A stretch of 63,827 nt of DNA, from positions 1 to 63,827 of the forward strand of contig JANOAV010000008.1 in the NCBI GenBank assembly GCA_031411295.1. The letters are read 5' to 3'. The translations under genes and the position numbers were made by a program. This document shows positions 40,509 through 50,217 of the stretch, piece after piece. A model generated the notes under the pieces. The model was given only the letters and a program-made list of their open reading frames with translations. It had not been told where the DNA came from and searched no databases. The stretch is from Verrucomicrobiales bacterium (GTDB taxonomy: Bacteria > Verrucomicrobiota > Verrucomicrobiia > Verrucomicrobiales > V1-33). Position 1 is the stretch's first letter. Each line of letters begins with the position of its first letter.

Positions 40509-41798
40509 ATGAAATACGCGCCCATTCCACCTGAACTTTTCGTGCAAAACCGTCGGCGGCTGGCGGATATGCTCCCCAAGAACTCTATCGCCATTATCCA
40601 CTCGGCAGACATCATGCCGCGCAGTGCGGACGGAACCATGCCTTTCATTCAGAACTCTGATTTGTTCTACCTAACCGGAGTAGATCAGGAAGACAGCGTG
40701 CTCGTCATCTTTCCTTCGGCCTTTGAAGAGAAACATCGGGAAGTGCTGTTCCTCAAAGAAACCAATGAGCACATTCGCACCTGGGAAGGCGACAAATTAA
40801 CCAAAGAGCAAGCCCAAGCCACCACCGGCATTAAAACCGTGCTTTGGAACGACGAATTTCCGCAGACCTTGCGTAATCTCGTCATGCAAGCAGAGACCAT
40901 CTATCTGCCGCTCAACGAGCATCTCCGTGCCGTTCTCACTGTAGAAACGAGCGAAGTGCGCTTCGCCAAACATTGTCAGGCCATGTTTCCGCTGCACCGC
41001 TATGGCCGACTCAGCCCCCTGCTCTACGAACTCCGTTGCGTGAAATCAGATCATGAAGTTGCCTTAATTCAAGAGGCCTGTAACATGACGGGCCGTGGCT
41101 TCCAACGTCTGCTTGGTTTCGTGCGCCCGGGCGTGTGGGAATATGAAGTTGAGGCAGAACTCGCCCATGAGTGGATGCGCCGACGCAGCCGGGGCTTCGC
41201 CTACCAACCAATCATTGCCAGCGGGGTCAACGCCTGCGTCCTGCATTACGTGACCAATGACCATCAATGCAAGGATGGCGACCTCCTCCTGTTAGACGTA
41301 GCTGCCGAATACGCCAATTACAACTCCGACCTCACCCGCACCATCCCCGTCAATGGCCGCTTCACCAGTCGCCAGCGCCAAATTTATGATGCCGTGCTGC
41401 ACGTTATGAAAGAATGCTACAAGCTATTGAAACCAGGCACCCTGCTCTTGGATTATCAAAAGCAAGTCGAGAAGATCATGGAGGAGCAACTCCTGCGCCT
41501 CGGCCTGCTCAACGCCGAAGAAGTGGCCAAGCAGAACCCGGACAAGCCCCTGCTGAAGAAATATTTCCCTCACGGCACCAGCCACCATCTAGGCCTCGAT
41601 GTCCATGATGTCTCCCCGGCAAACTACGCCCTGCGCCCCGGTATGGTCCTGACCGTGGAACCCGGCATCTACCTCCGCGAGGAAAATCTGGGCGTGCGCT
41701 TGGAAAACGACGTCTTGATTACCGAGCACGGACTCGTCGATCTCATGGGCCACATCCCAATTGAAGCAGAGCAAATCGAGGACCTCATGAACGCTTAA
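40509..41798 (+). CDS. pepP: Xaa-Pro aminopeptidase (M24B)
   Basis: LHY, DLTRT, HHLGLDVHD, TVEPG, RLEND. Confidence 0.93.
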   Translation: MKYAPIPPELFVQNRRRLADMLPKNSIAIIHSADIMPRSADGTMPFIQNSDLFYLTGVDQEDSVLVIFPSAFEEKHREVLFLKETNEHIRTWEGDKLTKEQAQATTGIKTVLWNDEFPQTLRNLVMQAETIYLPLNEHLRAVLTVETSEVRFAKHCQAMFPLHRYGRLSPLLYELRCVKSDHEVALIQEACNMTGRGFQRLLGFVRPGVWEYEVEAELAHEWMRRRSRGFAYQPIIASGVNACVLHYVTNDHQCKDGDLLLLDVAAEYANYNSDLTRTIPVNGRFTSRQRQIYDAVLHVMKECYKLLKPGTLLLDYQKQVEKIMEEQLLRLGLLNAEEVAKQNPDKPLLKKYFPHGTSHHLGLDVHDVSPANYALRPGMVLTVEPGIYLREENLGVRLENDVLITEHGLVDLMGHIPIEAEQIEDLMNA

Positions 41799-41926
41799 GA
41801 TCGGACTAACATAGGCTGGCGTCATAAAGTTTGGAAAAAGTGACTTTTCTGGTTGCACCGCATCGCAAACCGCCTATTTCAGTCCTCCCGCCGATTTTGA
41901 AGTGTCTCGCACACTCAGTTCAGCAA

Positions 41927-41999
41927 GCGCGGTTAGCTCAGTTGGTAGAGCAGCGGACTTTTAATCCGTTTGTCCCGGGTTCGAGCCCCGGACCGCGTA
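41927..41999 (+). tRNA. tRNA-Lys (anticodon TTT)
   Basis: GCGCGGT/ACCGCGT acceptor stem, AGCTCAGTTGGTAGAGC D-arm, GCGGA-CTTTTAA-TCCGT anticodon arm, GTTCGAG T-loop; CCA not encoded. Confidence 0.96.
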
Positions 42000-42393
42000 T
42001 CTTTTCAAATCAGCCTCCAATAAAGATTAAGTCCATTCCAAAAACCGCGAGTGGCCACAGTCGAGTTGCACCAAAATGCACCCAAAGGCGGATTATAACA
42101 CGAATTTAAGCGCCTGCGTTTTTCCGTAACCCTACGACCGGTTCGCTTCCCCGATGCTTCGACACTGCCGCGAAACAGGCAAAGCTCCCGCTCCAGTAAG
42201 GGAAAGGGATTGGCCAAGGAGTTGCAAATCATCCACTCCGCCTCCCTCTGCTGAGCGCTTGTCAATTTAAAACGCCGCCAAGGCCAGTAACGAACTACCG
42301 CTCATTCTCAGGGTTTCCCGGCTAAAAGAGCCATCACAAGCTTTCGGATTTGCTTGCGATGCTAACTATCTCTAACCCAAAAGATTAGCATCG

Positions 42394-42912
42394 CTAGTGG
42401 AGATGCGGTGATCGAGAAGCCTGGAAATGACTTTTGATAATTTGGGGCAGCGCAGACAGTTTCCACGGTTTGACTAAATAGTGGTTGATCCCGGCAGCTT
42501 GGGACCGCTGGAGATCATTCTCTCGGCCATAGCCGCTCATGGCGATGATTAGCGCATCGGCCAGGGCTGGAAGTTGGCGAATCTTCCGGGCAACTTTGAA
42601 TCCGTCCATACCCGGCAGACCAATGTCCAGCAGGATGATCTCAGGCAAAAACACTCGGGCAATTTCCAGGGCAGCAGGGCCTGTGAAGGCTACTCGAGTA
42701 TCGTGTCCACTGCGCTTCTGCAAATTTGCCAGGGTGGAGGCGGCATCACTGTTGTCATCCACGATGAGCAGGCGAAACGATTCCACCGGAGCTGAAGGCT
42801 GGGCAGGTTTGCACACACGTGGAGCCTCGTATATGACTGGCAGATGGACGGTAAATTGGCACCCCTGGCCGGGACCTTCACTGTGGGCAGTGACGGAGAA
42901 CGGTTGTGAGAG
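42394..42912 (-). pseudogene. 3' remnant of a hybrid histidine kinase (HATPase tail plus receiver domain)
   Basis: In-frame TAHSEGPGQGCQFTVHLP upstream of a receiver (IVDDN, LLDIGLPGMDG, LVKP); the frame is closed by TAG near 42914. Confidence 0.8.
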
Positions 42913-43098
42913 CTAGCGTTCGCCAGTCGCCAGAGTATGCCGGAAAATCTCAACGCAGCGTTGGCCAAGCTCCGGGCCCCAGAGGATGGCCATGACCTCG
43001 CATAAGTCACGGCCGATCAATGGTCGCGCATTGCCGAATGCGGGCATGGCGACTTTGTTGACCTGCTGCATGCGGAGGCTGCTGTCCACGACGAAATG

Positions 43099-43749
43099 CT
43101 AATTCAACAGCGGGAATACCAGCCGGGTGCTCCACATTCCGCTCTCGAGGCATTTGCTATGCAGGAGCGCTCCGCCGTTCGCTTGCACAGCTTGCGTCCA
43201 TTCCGCCACGATGTCCGCAGACAGCGCTTGGGGCTGTGTGGGTTCCATGATTCCCAGCGCTACGTGGGTTTTATCAATTAGGCTAACTGCAGCCACGAGC
43301 GGCTTCCCGTCTGTCCGTTTCCATGCCATTTGGGTAATTTCCCGCAACACCGCAGCGATCACTTTGGCATCCAATCGCACCACGGCAGACTCGCCATTAG
43401 CTGGCCATTCGATGAGTTTTCCTTGTTCAGCAGAATTTGGTGTCTGCACTTTCCACATTTGCACCAGATCCAGCGTGCTCACCGGACTAGGCTCAGGCGG
43501 ATTGAATCGCAGTAAAAGGGAGCGCAGCGTGGTCTCCACTTGGGTGAGTTCCAGTTGCATTTTACCGAGCAGGGTCTGACCGTCTTCCGTGGTGACGTCC
43601 TCCGTCAGAATCTGCAGGCCCAGATCGAGGAAATTCAGATGATTCCTCACATCGTGCGCGTGCCGATTAACCATGCGGGTGGCAGTTAGTGCTAACTCAC
43701 CAGATTCATGAATTGGGGAGGTGAATAGGGGGAGAGAGGGGGCAGACAT
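43099..43749 (-). CDS. Pseudo-histidine kinase / putative histidine phosphotransferase
   Basis: H-box AHDVRNHL intact; N-box Asn residues replaced (LREITQMA); no DxGxG or GxG boxes; ends TRLVFPL. Confidence 0.7.
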   Translation of the reverse strand: MSAPSLPLFTSPIHESGELALTATRMVNRHAHDVRNHLNFLDLGLQILTEDVTTEDGQTLLGKMQLELTQVETTLRSLLLRFNPPEPSPVSTLDLVQMWKVQTPNSAEQGKLIEWPANGESAVVRLDAKVIAAVLREITQMAWKRTDGKPLVAAVSLIDKTHVALGIMEPTQPQALSADIVAEWTQAVQANGGALLHSKCLESGMWSTRLVFPLLN

Positions 43750-43925
43750 AAATGACAAAAAAATCGGGTTTCGCTTCCATGCGGATTTGAGCGCATGCTA
43801 TGTGCTGCGCACCTGAACGTCAAGCTCCGCTCATATTCCCCATTTCGCATTTGAAGCGAAATCACATCCAAAAAGGACAGACCCGCGTAGGGATGTTGAC
43901 TGGCGTGCTCCAGCCTCCCTAAGTC

Positions 43926-44630
43926 ATGGAATTCCAATTACCATACAGCCTCTGCTCACTTTTTCTCCTAACCTGCTGCCTGCATGGTGGAACTGCGAGC
44001 CCAATATCCACGCCTGCTTCCGAACCACGAACTCCGGAGCCCGCGGGCGCAGTGGAGAAATTTTCCCGTCCTGCCCTGAACCTGCGTTATACCTATGATG
44101 CGGACATGAATTTCGACAAACTTCGTGGAAGGCTCAGCCTGCAGGAAGCAGAGATCACGCTTCCCCTATCGCCATTGGTGACGGGGGAATTGACCGTGCT
44201 GAGTGATCTCTATTATCGCTCCTATCAACTCGACGTGGATACCCCAAGTTACAAGGCAGACTTGGATCTTCAGGGGCTGAATGACTTCCTGAATCCCCAA
44301 CCTTACCTGGAAATGATGCCGCCCTGCCTGCCCGAGCCGTGCGCGCTGAACCTCCTGAGCGGAGGTGCTGAGATCGCTGGCGGGCTTGGTGTCTTGATCC
44401 CGAAATATCGAGGCACTGCTGGCTGGGGTTTAATTGCGCTGCTCATCGCAGTATTTCCAGCCAATCTTCATGTGGCACTAAATGGATGGCCGGGTGTAAA
44501 TCTGCAGCCGTGGGTGCTCTGGGCTCGACTCCCGTGTCAGCTTCTTTTCATTGAATGGGTGTATTTCACCTGCCTCACCAATCTACGCGCCAAAGCCGCT
44601 TGGAAGCGATCTCCGCAAAATAATTATTAG
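43926..44630 (+). pseudogene. Chimeric ORF: start of a secreted/outer-membrane protein fused to a DoxX-like membrane protein
   Basis: Signal peptide and beta-strands, then from ~44280 FLNPQPYLEMMPP...SGGAEIAGG...AVFPANLH. Confidence 0.55.
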
Positions 44631-44643
44631 TGCAACTCCCCTC

Positions 44644-45501
44644 ATGAAACCTGCTATCCGAGCAACCTCTGCCGGCCTCACTCGTGCGCTGTTAGCCGTC
44701 CTGACTTTCATCCATCTCACTAGTTGTGCCATCTACCATCCAGCCCATCGGGGCGAACGAGTTTACCGCAATGTGCAATTTGCCGCACCAGAGGGACATA
44801 GTTTGGCGATGGATCTTTATGTTCCACAAACCGCCAAACCAGCTCCAGTTGTTATCTGGATCTTCGGTGGCAGTTGGAAGCGTGGCTATAATTGGTATCA
44901 TCTAAATGTTCGGGAACTAACTAGATACGGCATCGCAGTGGCGGCCATTCAATATCGTATGAGTGACAAATTCCCCTATCCTGCACAATTGGAGGATTGC
45001 CGATCCTCCATGGCTTGGTTGCGGGAACATGGAAGCGAATACGGAGTCGATCCAGAGAGAATCGGAGTTACCGGAGAATCGGCAGGTGGTCACTTGGCCG
45101 CGCTTCTGGGAACGGTGGAAGGCCACCCTAGCATCAAGGGGGTATTTGCCCTTTACCCACCCACGGACCTGGTTGTCATGGGGCGCAAGTATGCTAGCCC
45201 CAGCAGGTTGAGCGATATTGATCGCCTGTTAGGTGGCCCGGTGGAGCAGAAACTACAGTTGGCCGAAGACGCCAGCCCGGTGCACCACGTATGTCCCTCC
45301 TCGCCACCATTTCTCCTGATGCACGGAGATCAGGATACGCTGGTGCCCATCTCCGAGAGCGAAAATTTACGACATAAACTGGCTGCCAACCATGTGCCGG
45401 TAAAGCTCATCGTCGTGCCAGGGAGCCCCCATTGGTTTGACCTCGATCCAAATCAACTGGAGGCAGTGGCATCGTTTTTCCGCGAGCATTTCGGTCATTG
45501 A
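44644..45501 (+). CDS. Alpha/beta hydrolase (esterase), possible lipoprotein
   Basis: LTSC lipobox, FGGSW, GESAGG, HGDQD, H. Confidence 0.9.
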   Translation: MKPAIRATSAGLTRALLAVLTFIHLTSCAIYHPAHRGERVYRNVQFAAPEGHSLAMDLYVPQTAKPAPVVIWIFGGSWKRGYNWYHLNVRELTRYGIAVAAIQYRMSDKFPYPAQLEDCRSSMAWLREHGSEYGVDPERIGVTGESAGGHLAALLGTVEGHPSIKGVFALYPPTDLVVMGRKYASPSRLSDIDRLLGGPVEQKLQLAEDASPVHHVCPSSPPFLLMHGDQDTLVPISESENLRHKLAANHVPVKLIVVPGSPHWFDLDPNQLEAVASFFREHFGH

Positions 45502-45535
45502 AATTCAGGCGAACCGGAGAGCACGATACCAGAGC

Positions 45536-46144
45536 TCAAGCCGCGTGCAGATTGTCGGAGCACTCGATTTTGCCATCCAGCGCCACGCGAAGCATCGAAA
45601 GCCCCCGCCGCATCCAAGACTTCACAGATCCCAAGGGCTTTGCCAGTCGCGCGGAAATTTCCTGCTGCGTCATGCCGGAGAAGAAGGCCAGACGTAGGAT
45701 GCTTTTTTATTGACTGGGCAGCGCGTCCAGCTCGGCCGTAAGTAGCGCAACTTCATCCGCGTGAAGCCCCGTATGGGCTGGCGTGTGTGGAGGGATCTCG
45801 TTTACTTTTAAATCCACATACTTCCTGTGGGTGGTGTGCCTGCGCAACTTGTCGGTGGCGGCATTCCGGGCGATGGTTAGCATCCACGCGATGGGCTTAC
45901 CCTCTTCCTTGCGATAGCCGCCAGCCTTGGACTTCAATTTCAGAAAAACATCATGCAACACATCCTCCGCCTCCATGGCGTCGTGAAGTTTTGGAAGTAG
46001 CACGGAAAACATAATGGAGGAGTGACGGCGGTAAAGTTCACCCAGTGCGGCAGGGGAGCCGCTGGCCGTAAGTTCCATGAGTTCTGTGTCCTCCAGCACG
46101 CTGATGGACGGAGCAGTCGAAGACATTTGGTGGTTGAGCTTCAT
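45536..46144 (-). pseudogene. ECF sigma factor interrupted by an in-frame TAA
   Basis: Region 2 (AEDVLHDVF, WMLTIARNAATDKLR); TAA at 45707-45709; region 4 continues in frame (LAFFSGMTQQEIS...PLGSVKSWMRRGL) to TGA 45536. Confidence 0.9.
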
Positions 46145-46203
46145 TAAGTGGGAGTGGTAAAATGGGTCCGTGGAAATTGGTGTCCTTCGGCGTCCTTCAC
46201 TTT

Positions 46204-46219
46204 AGCATCGGCTATGCCA
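46204..46219 (-). promoter_or_regulatory. Sigma54 -24/-12 promoter for the ECF sigma gene
   Basis: TGGCATAGCCGATGCT (GG-N10-GC). Confidence 0.65.
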
Positions 46220-46299
46220 TCTAACCTATAATGGGCTGCGTTGCTTATGGGAGTAGGGGACTAGGCATTCCCGTGATTTCGCTCGGCGGCCGGAGGTCA

Positions 46300-46341
46300 T
46301 GCAAAATGCATTCCGTTCACACCCCCATAGTGCAACTTGCC
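46300..46341. promoter_or_regulatory. Putative activator site pair
   Basis: TGCAAAATGCA (46300) and TGCAACTTGCC (46331), between divergent sigma54 motifs. Confidence 0.55.
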
Positions 46342-46443
46342 TTCCTTTTACGGCCACAGGACTGCCGTTGAAATTGAGTGCAGGCCAGCTCGGACACCGT
46401 CGCAGGGGTGCGGAATTAGGCGAATGAGGCGGTTCACCTCCCA

Positions 46444-46459
46444 TGGCACGCATATTGCA
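46444..46459 (+). promoter_or_regulatory. Sigma54 -24/-12 promoter
   Basis: TGGCACGCATATTGCA, matching the consensus TGGCACG-N4-TTGCW. Confidence 0.85.
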
Positions 46460-46506
46460 GAGCATCGTGGACTATCACTAAGAACCCTTCCTCATAACAT
46501 AACCTA

Positions 46507-47583
46507 ATGAAACGATATTTCTGCACCTGCGGGCAACCGTTGTTTTTCGAGAATAGCACCTGCATCGCCTGTGGCGCGCTGGCTGCATTTGATCCCGTTG
46601 GTGGTGACATGCTTTCGTTGGAGTATGGCGCAGACGGCCTCCTGCGCGAGGTTCAGGACGGAAACGCTGCTCCGTGGAAACTATGTCAGAACGCAAACCA
46701 GTGCGCCTGCAATTGGATTGTCAGCAACCAAAGCACCAGCCTTTGTGAAGCGTGCACCACCACGCGTGCCATTCCTGACCTCTCTGTGCCTGGAAACTCA
46801 GAACTCTGGACGAAGCTGGAAACTGCCAAACGGAGGCTCTTGGAAACATTGTTAGACCTTGAACTCTGGGGACCCCATTCACGGATTATTCCCACGCTAC
46901 CGCTGACCTTCAACTTCTTATCTGATTTGCCGAACGAGCCTGTTCTTACTGGCCACGAGGATGGATTAATCACCATCAACCTCGCAGAGGCAGATGATGC
47001 TCACCGTGAAAAACTCCGCGCCAGGATGCACGAACCCTACCGCACCTTGCTCGGTCATTTCAGGCACGAAGTGGGTCATTTTTACTGGGATCTGCTCATT
47101 CAGAATTCCCCTCTGCTTCAAGAATACCGTGCCCTGTTTGGAGATGAAACAGTCGACTATCAAACTGCGATGGCAGAATATTACAAGAACGGACCAGCAC
47201 CCGATTGGCCGCAGAGGCTAATCAGCGGTTACGCTAGCATGCATTCGTGGGAGGACTGGGCGGAGACTTGGGCGCACTATCTTCACATCACAGACACGCA
47301 GGAAACCGCGGAGCAATTCGGGGTCGCCTCCAAACTGAGCCTAACGCCGGTGGAACCGGGAGCATTTACCGGCATCGCCCAAGGGACCCAGAAGGACAGC
47401 GTCCGTTTTGCCGCCAAGATTCAGCATGCTTGTGAGACGATGATGCTGACCAATGAGTTAAACCGTTCCATGGGCTTGCAAGATGCTTACCCGTTCGCGC
47501 TGCCTCTTCCTGTGATGAAGAAAATGTTCTTTATTGAGCGGGTGATACAACTTTCCATCGGTTCCACCGCAGCAGCCCACTGA
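46507..47583 (+). CDS. Zinc-ribbon putative zinc metallopeptidase (DUF2248-like)
   Basis: CxCGQxLFFENxxC, TGHEDG, EPYRTLLGHFRHEVGH, EDWAETWAHYLH. Confidence 0.9.
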   Translation: MKRYFCTCGQPLFFENSTCIACGALAAFDPVGGDMLSLEYGADGLLREVQDGNAAPWKLCQNANQCACNWIVSNQSTSLCEACTTTRAIPDLSVPGNSELWTKLETAKRRLLETLLDLELWGPHSRIIPTLPLTFNFLSDLPNEPVLTGHEDGLITINLAEADDAHREKLRARMHEPYRTLLGHFRHEVGHFYWDLLIQNSPLLQEYRALFGDETVDYQTAMAEYYKNGPAPDWPQRLISGYASMHSWEDWAETWAHYLHITDTQETAEQFGVASKLSLTPVEPGAFTGIAQGTQKDSVRFAAKIQHACETMMLTNELNRSMGLQDAYPFALPLPVMKKMFFIERVIQLSIGSTAAAH

Positions 47584-47612
47584 CCACTCCCGATTGCCAG
47601 CGAACAAAAGCG

Positions 47613-47651
47613 AACGGGCAGAGCGAAAATTCGCTCTGCCCGTTGCTTTAT
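47613..47651 (+). terminator. Intrinsic terminator
   Basis: aacgggcagagcgaa-aa-ttcgctctgcccgtt perfect stem followed by gctttatt. Confidence 0.85.
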
Positions 47652-47780
47652 TGCAGTCTAACTAACGACCGATTCACTAAGCCTCCAAGGTTACCAAACT
47701 TGATGGCTGCAAATTGAACGGGAAGGTCTATGCGTCGGATTCAAAAAAATTCCAGAAATAAATTTTGTCGGATGCTGTTC

Positions 47781-48030
47781 CTATTTCTTTGTTTTGGATG
47801 ATGCCTCCTGAGCCCGGTCGTGCCGGATAATTTTCCACGCCAGCGCGGCTGCGCCCGCACTCGCAGCAATGAAAAAGAGCATTGCCAGACCCGGATAGCC
47901 CCAGAGGGTAAATGAGGTCTGCACTCGCATCAGCAATGCTGCGCCAACAATAAGGGCGGCAATGATAAGGCCAAGGGTGATTCGATTGGCGATCTTCTGG
48001 AGGGTGCTCACGATCAAGTTTTCATCAATC
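47781..48030 (-). pseudogene. C-terminal remnant of an AarF/UbiB (ABC1) kinase-family protein
   Basis: IDENLIVSTLQKIANRITLGLIIAALIVGAALLMRV...GYPGLA two-TM tail with no kinase domain upstream. Confidence 0.7.
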
Positions 48031-48332
48031 TGGCATATGCTTTCTTGTCGTCCGCTGACTTAACGTCGTTCATGGATTCGCCATATTGCTTGGCGATCCG
48101 GTGGAGAAGATTAGCGTCAGTCGGACGCAGTTTTTCGGCAGCCAAAGTTTCGTTGCAGCATCCTCCGCGCGAAGCGTGGGACTAATGGCGAGACAGGAAA
48201 AGCAGGCGAGCAGGAGAAGGTAAATTTTCATGGATTTATTTACGCTGGCAACACAACGGTCTCAAGTCCCGAGTGGATGCATCCTGCCAACCACTAAATG
48301 GCTGTTCGCGCAAGCGGCAACGCTCGGAACAT

Positions 48333-48364
48333 TGCAATCCGCCATTTTTATCAGGCAAATTGCA
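48333..48364. promoter_or_regulatory. Putative activator site pair
   Basis: TGCAATCCGCC (48333) and GGCAAATTGCA (48354). Confidence 0.45.
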
Positions 48365-48465
48365 AGTTCACAAGCGGCCCTAATTAGCTCGCTGAAAATC
48401 CCTAAATGCTTGCAAGGCTGTATCCATAAGTCCTTCATGGGTGTCAGGACTAACTGAAGTCGCAT

Positions 48466-48481
48466 TGGCACAAGCTCTGCA
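48466..48481 (+). promoter_or_regulatory. Sigma54 -24/-12 promoter
   Basis: TGGCACAAGCTCTGCA, 45 nt before the CsbD lipoprotein start. Confidence 0.75.
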
Positions 48482-48526
48482 ATAGCTATTCCCGCCACGT
48501 GGCAACCAAATAGAACTCACAACCCT

Positions 48527-48841
48527 ATGATCATTATGAAAAACACCCTACTCTTTACTGCCCTGCTTGGCACCATCGCCTTGTCTGCCTGCAAACCAGA
48601 CACCACTTCTACCAAGGTGGAGCGTGCTGTGGAAAATGCCAAGAGCGAGACTGAAGCCTCTGCCAACAAGCAAATCATCAAGGGCGATTGGAACATCATC
48701 AAGGGCAAGCTCAAACAGCAATTCGGTCAACTAACGGACGATGATCTAACCTACGTTGAAGGCAAGGAGGACGAACTCTACGGGCGGCTGCAGAAGCGCT
48801 TGGGAAAAACCCGTAAAGAGGTTGAGAACCTGTTCCGATAA
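48527..48841 (+). CDS. Lipoprotein with a C-terminal CsbD domain
   Basis: LSAC lipobox; [24 protein letters not shown]...GRLQKRLG. Confidence 0.88.
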   Translation: MIIMKNTLLFTALLGTIALSACKPDTTSTKVERAVENAKSETEASANKQIIKGDWNIIKGKLKQQFGQLTDDDLTYVEGKEDELYGRLQKRLGKTRKEVENLFR

Positions 48842-48879
48842 ATCATCACCCGTAACAAATCAGCTTTAACCCGAGACTT

Positions 48880-49035
48880 ATGAAATTCAAAACGAAAACC
48901 ATCATCAGCTTGTTTACCATTGCCCTCGCCTCCGTGCTTCTCAATTCCTGCAACGCTACGGCCGGTATGGGCCGGGACATGCGCAAGTTGGGGGAGAAGA
49001 TCGAGGATAAGGCTTACGAGAACAAGCATTACTAA
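48880..49035 (+). CDS. Entericidin EcnA/B-family lipoprotein (51 aa, not in the ORF track)
   Basis: MKFKTKTIISLFTIALASVLLNSCNATAGMGRDMRKLGEKIEDKA. Confidence 0.85.
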   Translation: MKFKTKTIISLFTIALASVLLNSCNATAGMGRDMRKLGEKIEDKAYENKHY

Positions 49036-49077
49036 TTCATCCTGTCAGCCACCCATAACTATAAACCAGAAAGCACT

Positions 49078-49383
49078 ATGAACACGTCTATCGAAACCCT
49101 GAAAAAAGATCTCAAAACCACCGCTGAGGATGCCGCCGATGCCGCTCCCGGATTGGGCGTCCGTCTCGGAGACTTCGCCAAAACGAACGTCGTCCAACCA
49201 CTATCCAAGGCTGCCTCAGAGGCCAGCGATGCCATTTCCCAAGGCTACCGAGAAGGCAAAGAGGTGCTCAAATCCAAGCGTGACGGCGCCTCCGGTTGGA
49301 TTTCCAGCAACCCGTTTGCCGGAGTGCTCATCGGGGTTGCGGTTGGAGCCCTGATTGGAGCGATTTCCAGAGGAAAATCCTAA
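49078..49383 (+). CDS. DUF883 / ElaB / YqjD-like tail-anchored protein
   Basis: Helical body ending WISSNPFAGVLIGVAVGALIG. Confidence 0.8.
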   Translation: MNTSIETLKKDLKTTAEDAADAAPGLGVRLGDFAKTNVVQPLSKAASEASDAISQGYREGKEVLKSKRDGASGWISSNPFAGVLIGVAVGALIGAISRGKS

Positions 49384-49505
49384 GCTTGGCTTTGCTCCCA
49401 ACCAAAGAATTCTCGGAGCTGTCCATGGTTGATCCTGCTGCACCCCCTCCCGCATCAGCTATGGGCAGCGTCCACGATCTTTTCCGATTCTTAAAGCCCA
49501 GAACA

Positions 49506-49883
49506 ATGCTATCCACCGACCCCAATCCCATGGGCATCAAAGAAGCCATTACGGATGTGAGCAAGCGAGCGCTACGTTACATCGTGGAGTTGCTCCGGCT
49601 TGCAACTGCGGAGGGACGGATAGATCTTGCCAGGATCTCCCGATATCTTTTGGCCCTGGTAGGTGCGCTAATCCTGGCGGCTTTGGCATTCATTGCGCTG
49701 GCCATTGCCTTGGTGGTGGGGATCGCCTCAATGCTGGAGGGAAATTACCTCGCGGCAACTCTGATAGCGGGATTGGCTCTGCTCCTGCTGGCCGCTCTTG
49801 CCTTCCGAATGGGCGTTAAAGGCCTGGCGCATCATGAATTTCTTAAACAAACACGCTCTCAAATTAACCGCGATCTGCCATGA
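49506..49883 (+). CDS. YqjE-like (phage holin family) membrane protein
   Basis: ELLRLATAE followed by two TM helices; downstream of the YqjD-like gene. Confidence 0.75.
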   Translation: MLSTDPNPMGIKEAITDVSKRALRYIVELLRLATAEGRIDLARISRYLLALVGALILAALAFIALAIALVVGIASMLEGNYLAATLIAGLALLLLAALAFRMGVKGLAHHEFLKQTRSQINRDLP

Positions 49884-50212
49884 ACGAACCAGCTTTGGAA
49901 CTTGAACGACTGGCTGCCAACGTTGCTTCCGCACGAGGGGAACTGACGCAAAGTGTGCAGACGCTGGGTGCCACCGTAAACTTGAAAGAACGGTTTAAAA
50001 CGGAGCTTGCTGAACATCCTGTTAAGTGGGGTGCCGTGGCGCTGGCCAGTGGATTCGTAGCCAGCAAAGCGCTTCCCATTCTCTGGCGGTTCACCCGGAG
50101 CAGTGTGGGCTTAACGTTGCTGCGGGGATTGAGTGCCAACATCATTCCGTTGACCGCGTTGATCACGGAGCACATGCGCAGCACCCGGGAATCCACTAAC
50201 CACGATCCTTAG
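49880..50212 (+). CDS. YqjK/DUF3618-like protein
   Basis: ARGELTQSV...HPVKW plus a hydrophobic helix; ATGA overlap. Confidence 0.6.
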   Translation: MNEPALELERLAANVASARGELTQSVQTLGATVNLKERFKTELAEHPVKWGAVALASGFVASKALPILWRFTRSSVGLTLLRGLSANIIPLTALITEHMRSTRESTNHDP

Positions 50213-50217
50213 CCCAT

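Noticed and set aside
42000..42393. Integrase or att site next to tRNA-Lys
   Set aside because: No recombinase-like ORF, and no second copy of the tRNA 3' end found in the window
42937..43098. Short plus-strand frame MPENLNAALAKL... with an internal TAA
   Set aside because: Could be another gene remnant, but no family is recognisable
45707..45709. Programmed readthrough or recoding of the ECF stop codon
   Set aside because: TAA is not a Sec or Pyl codon and other genes here end in TAA; a nonsense mutation or sequencing error is simpler
49506..49883. Holin as evidence of a prophage
   Set aside because: The context is YqjD/E/K-like stress genes; no phage structural or lysis genes are present
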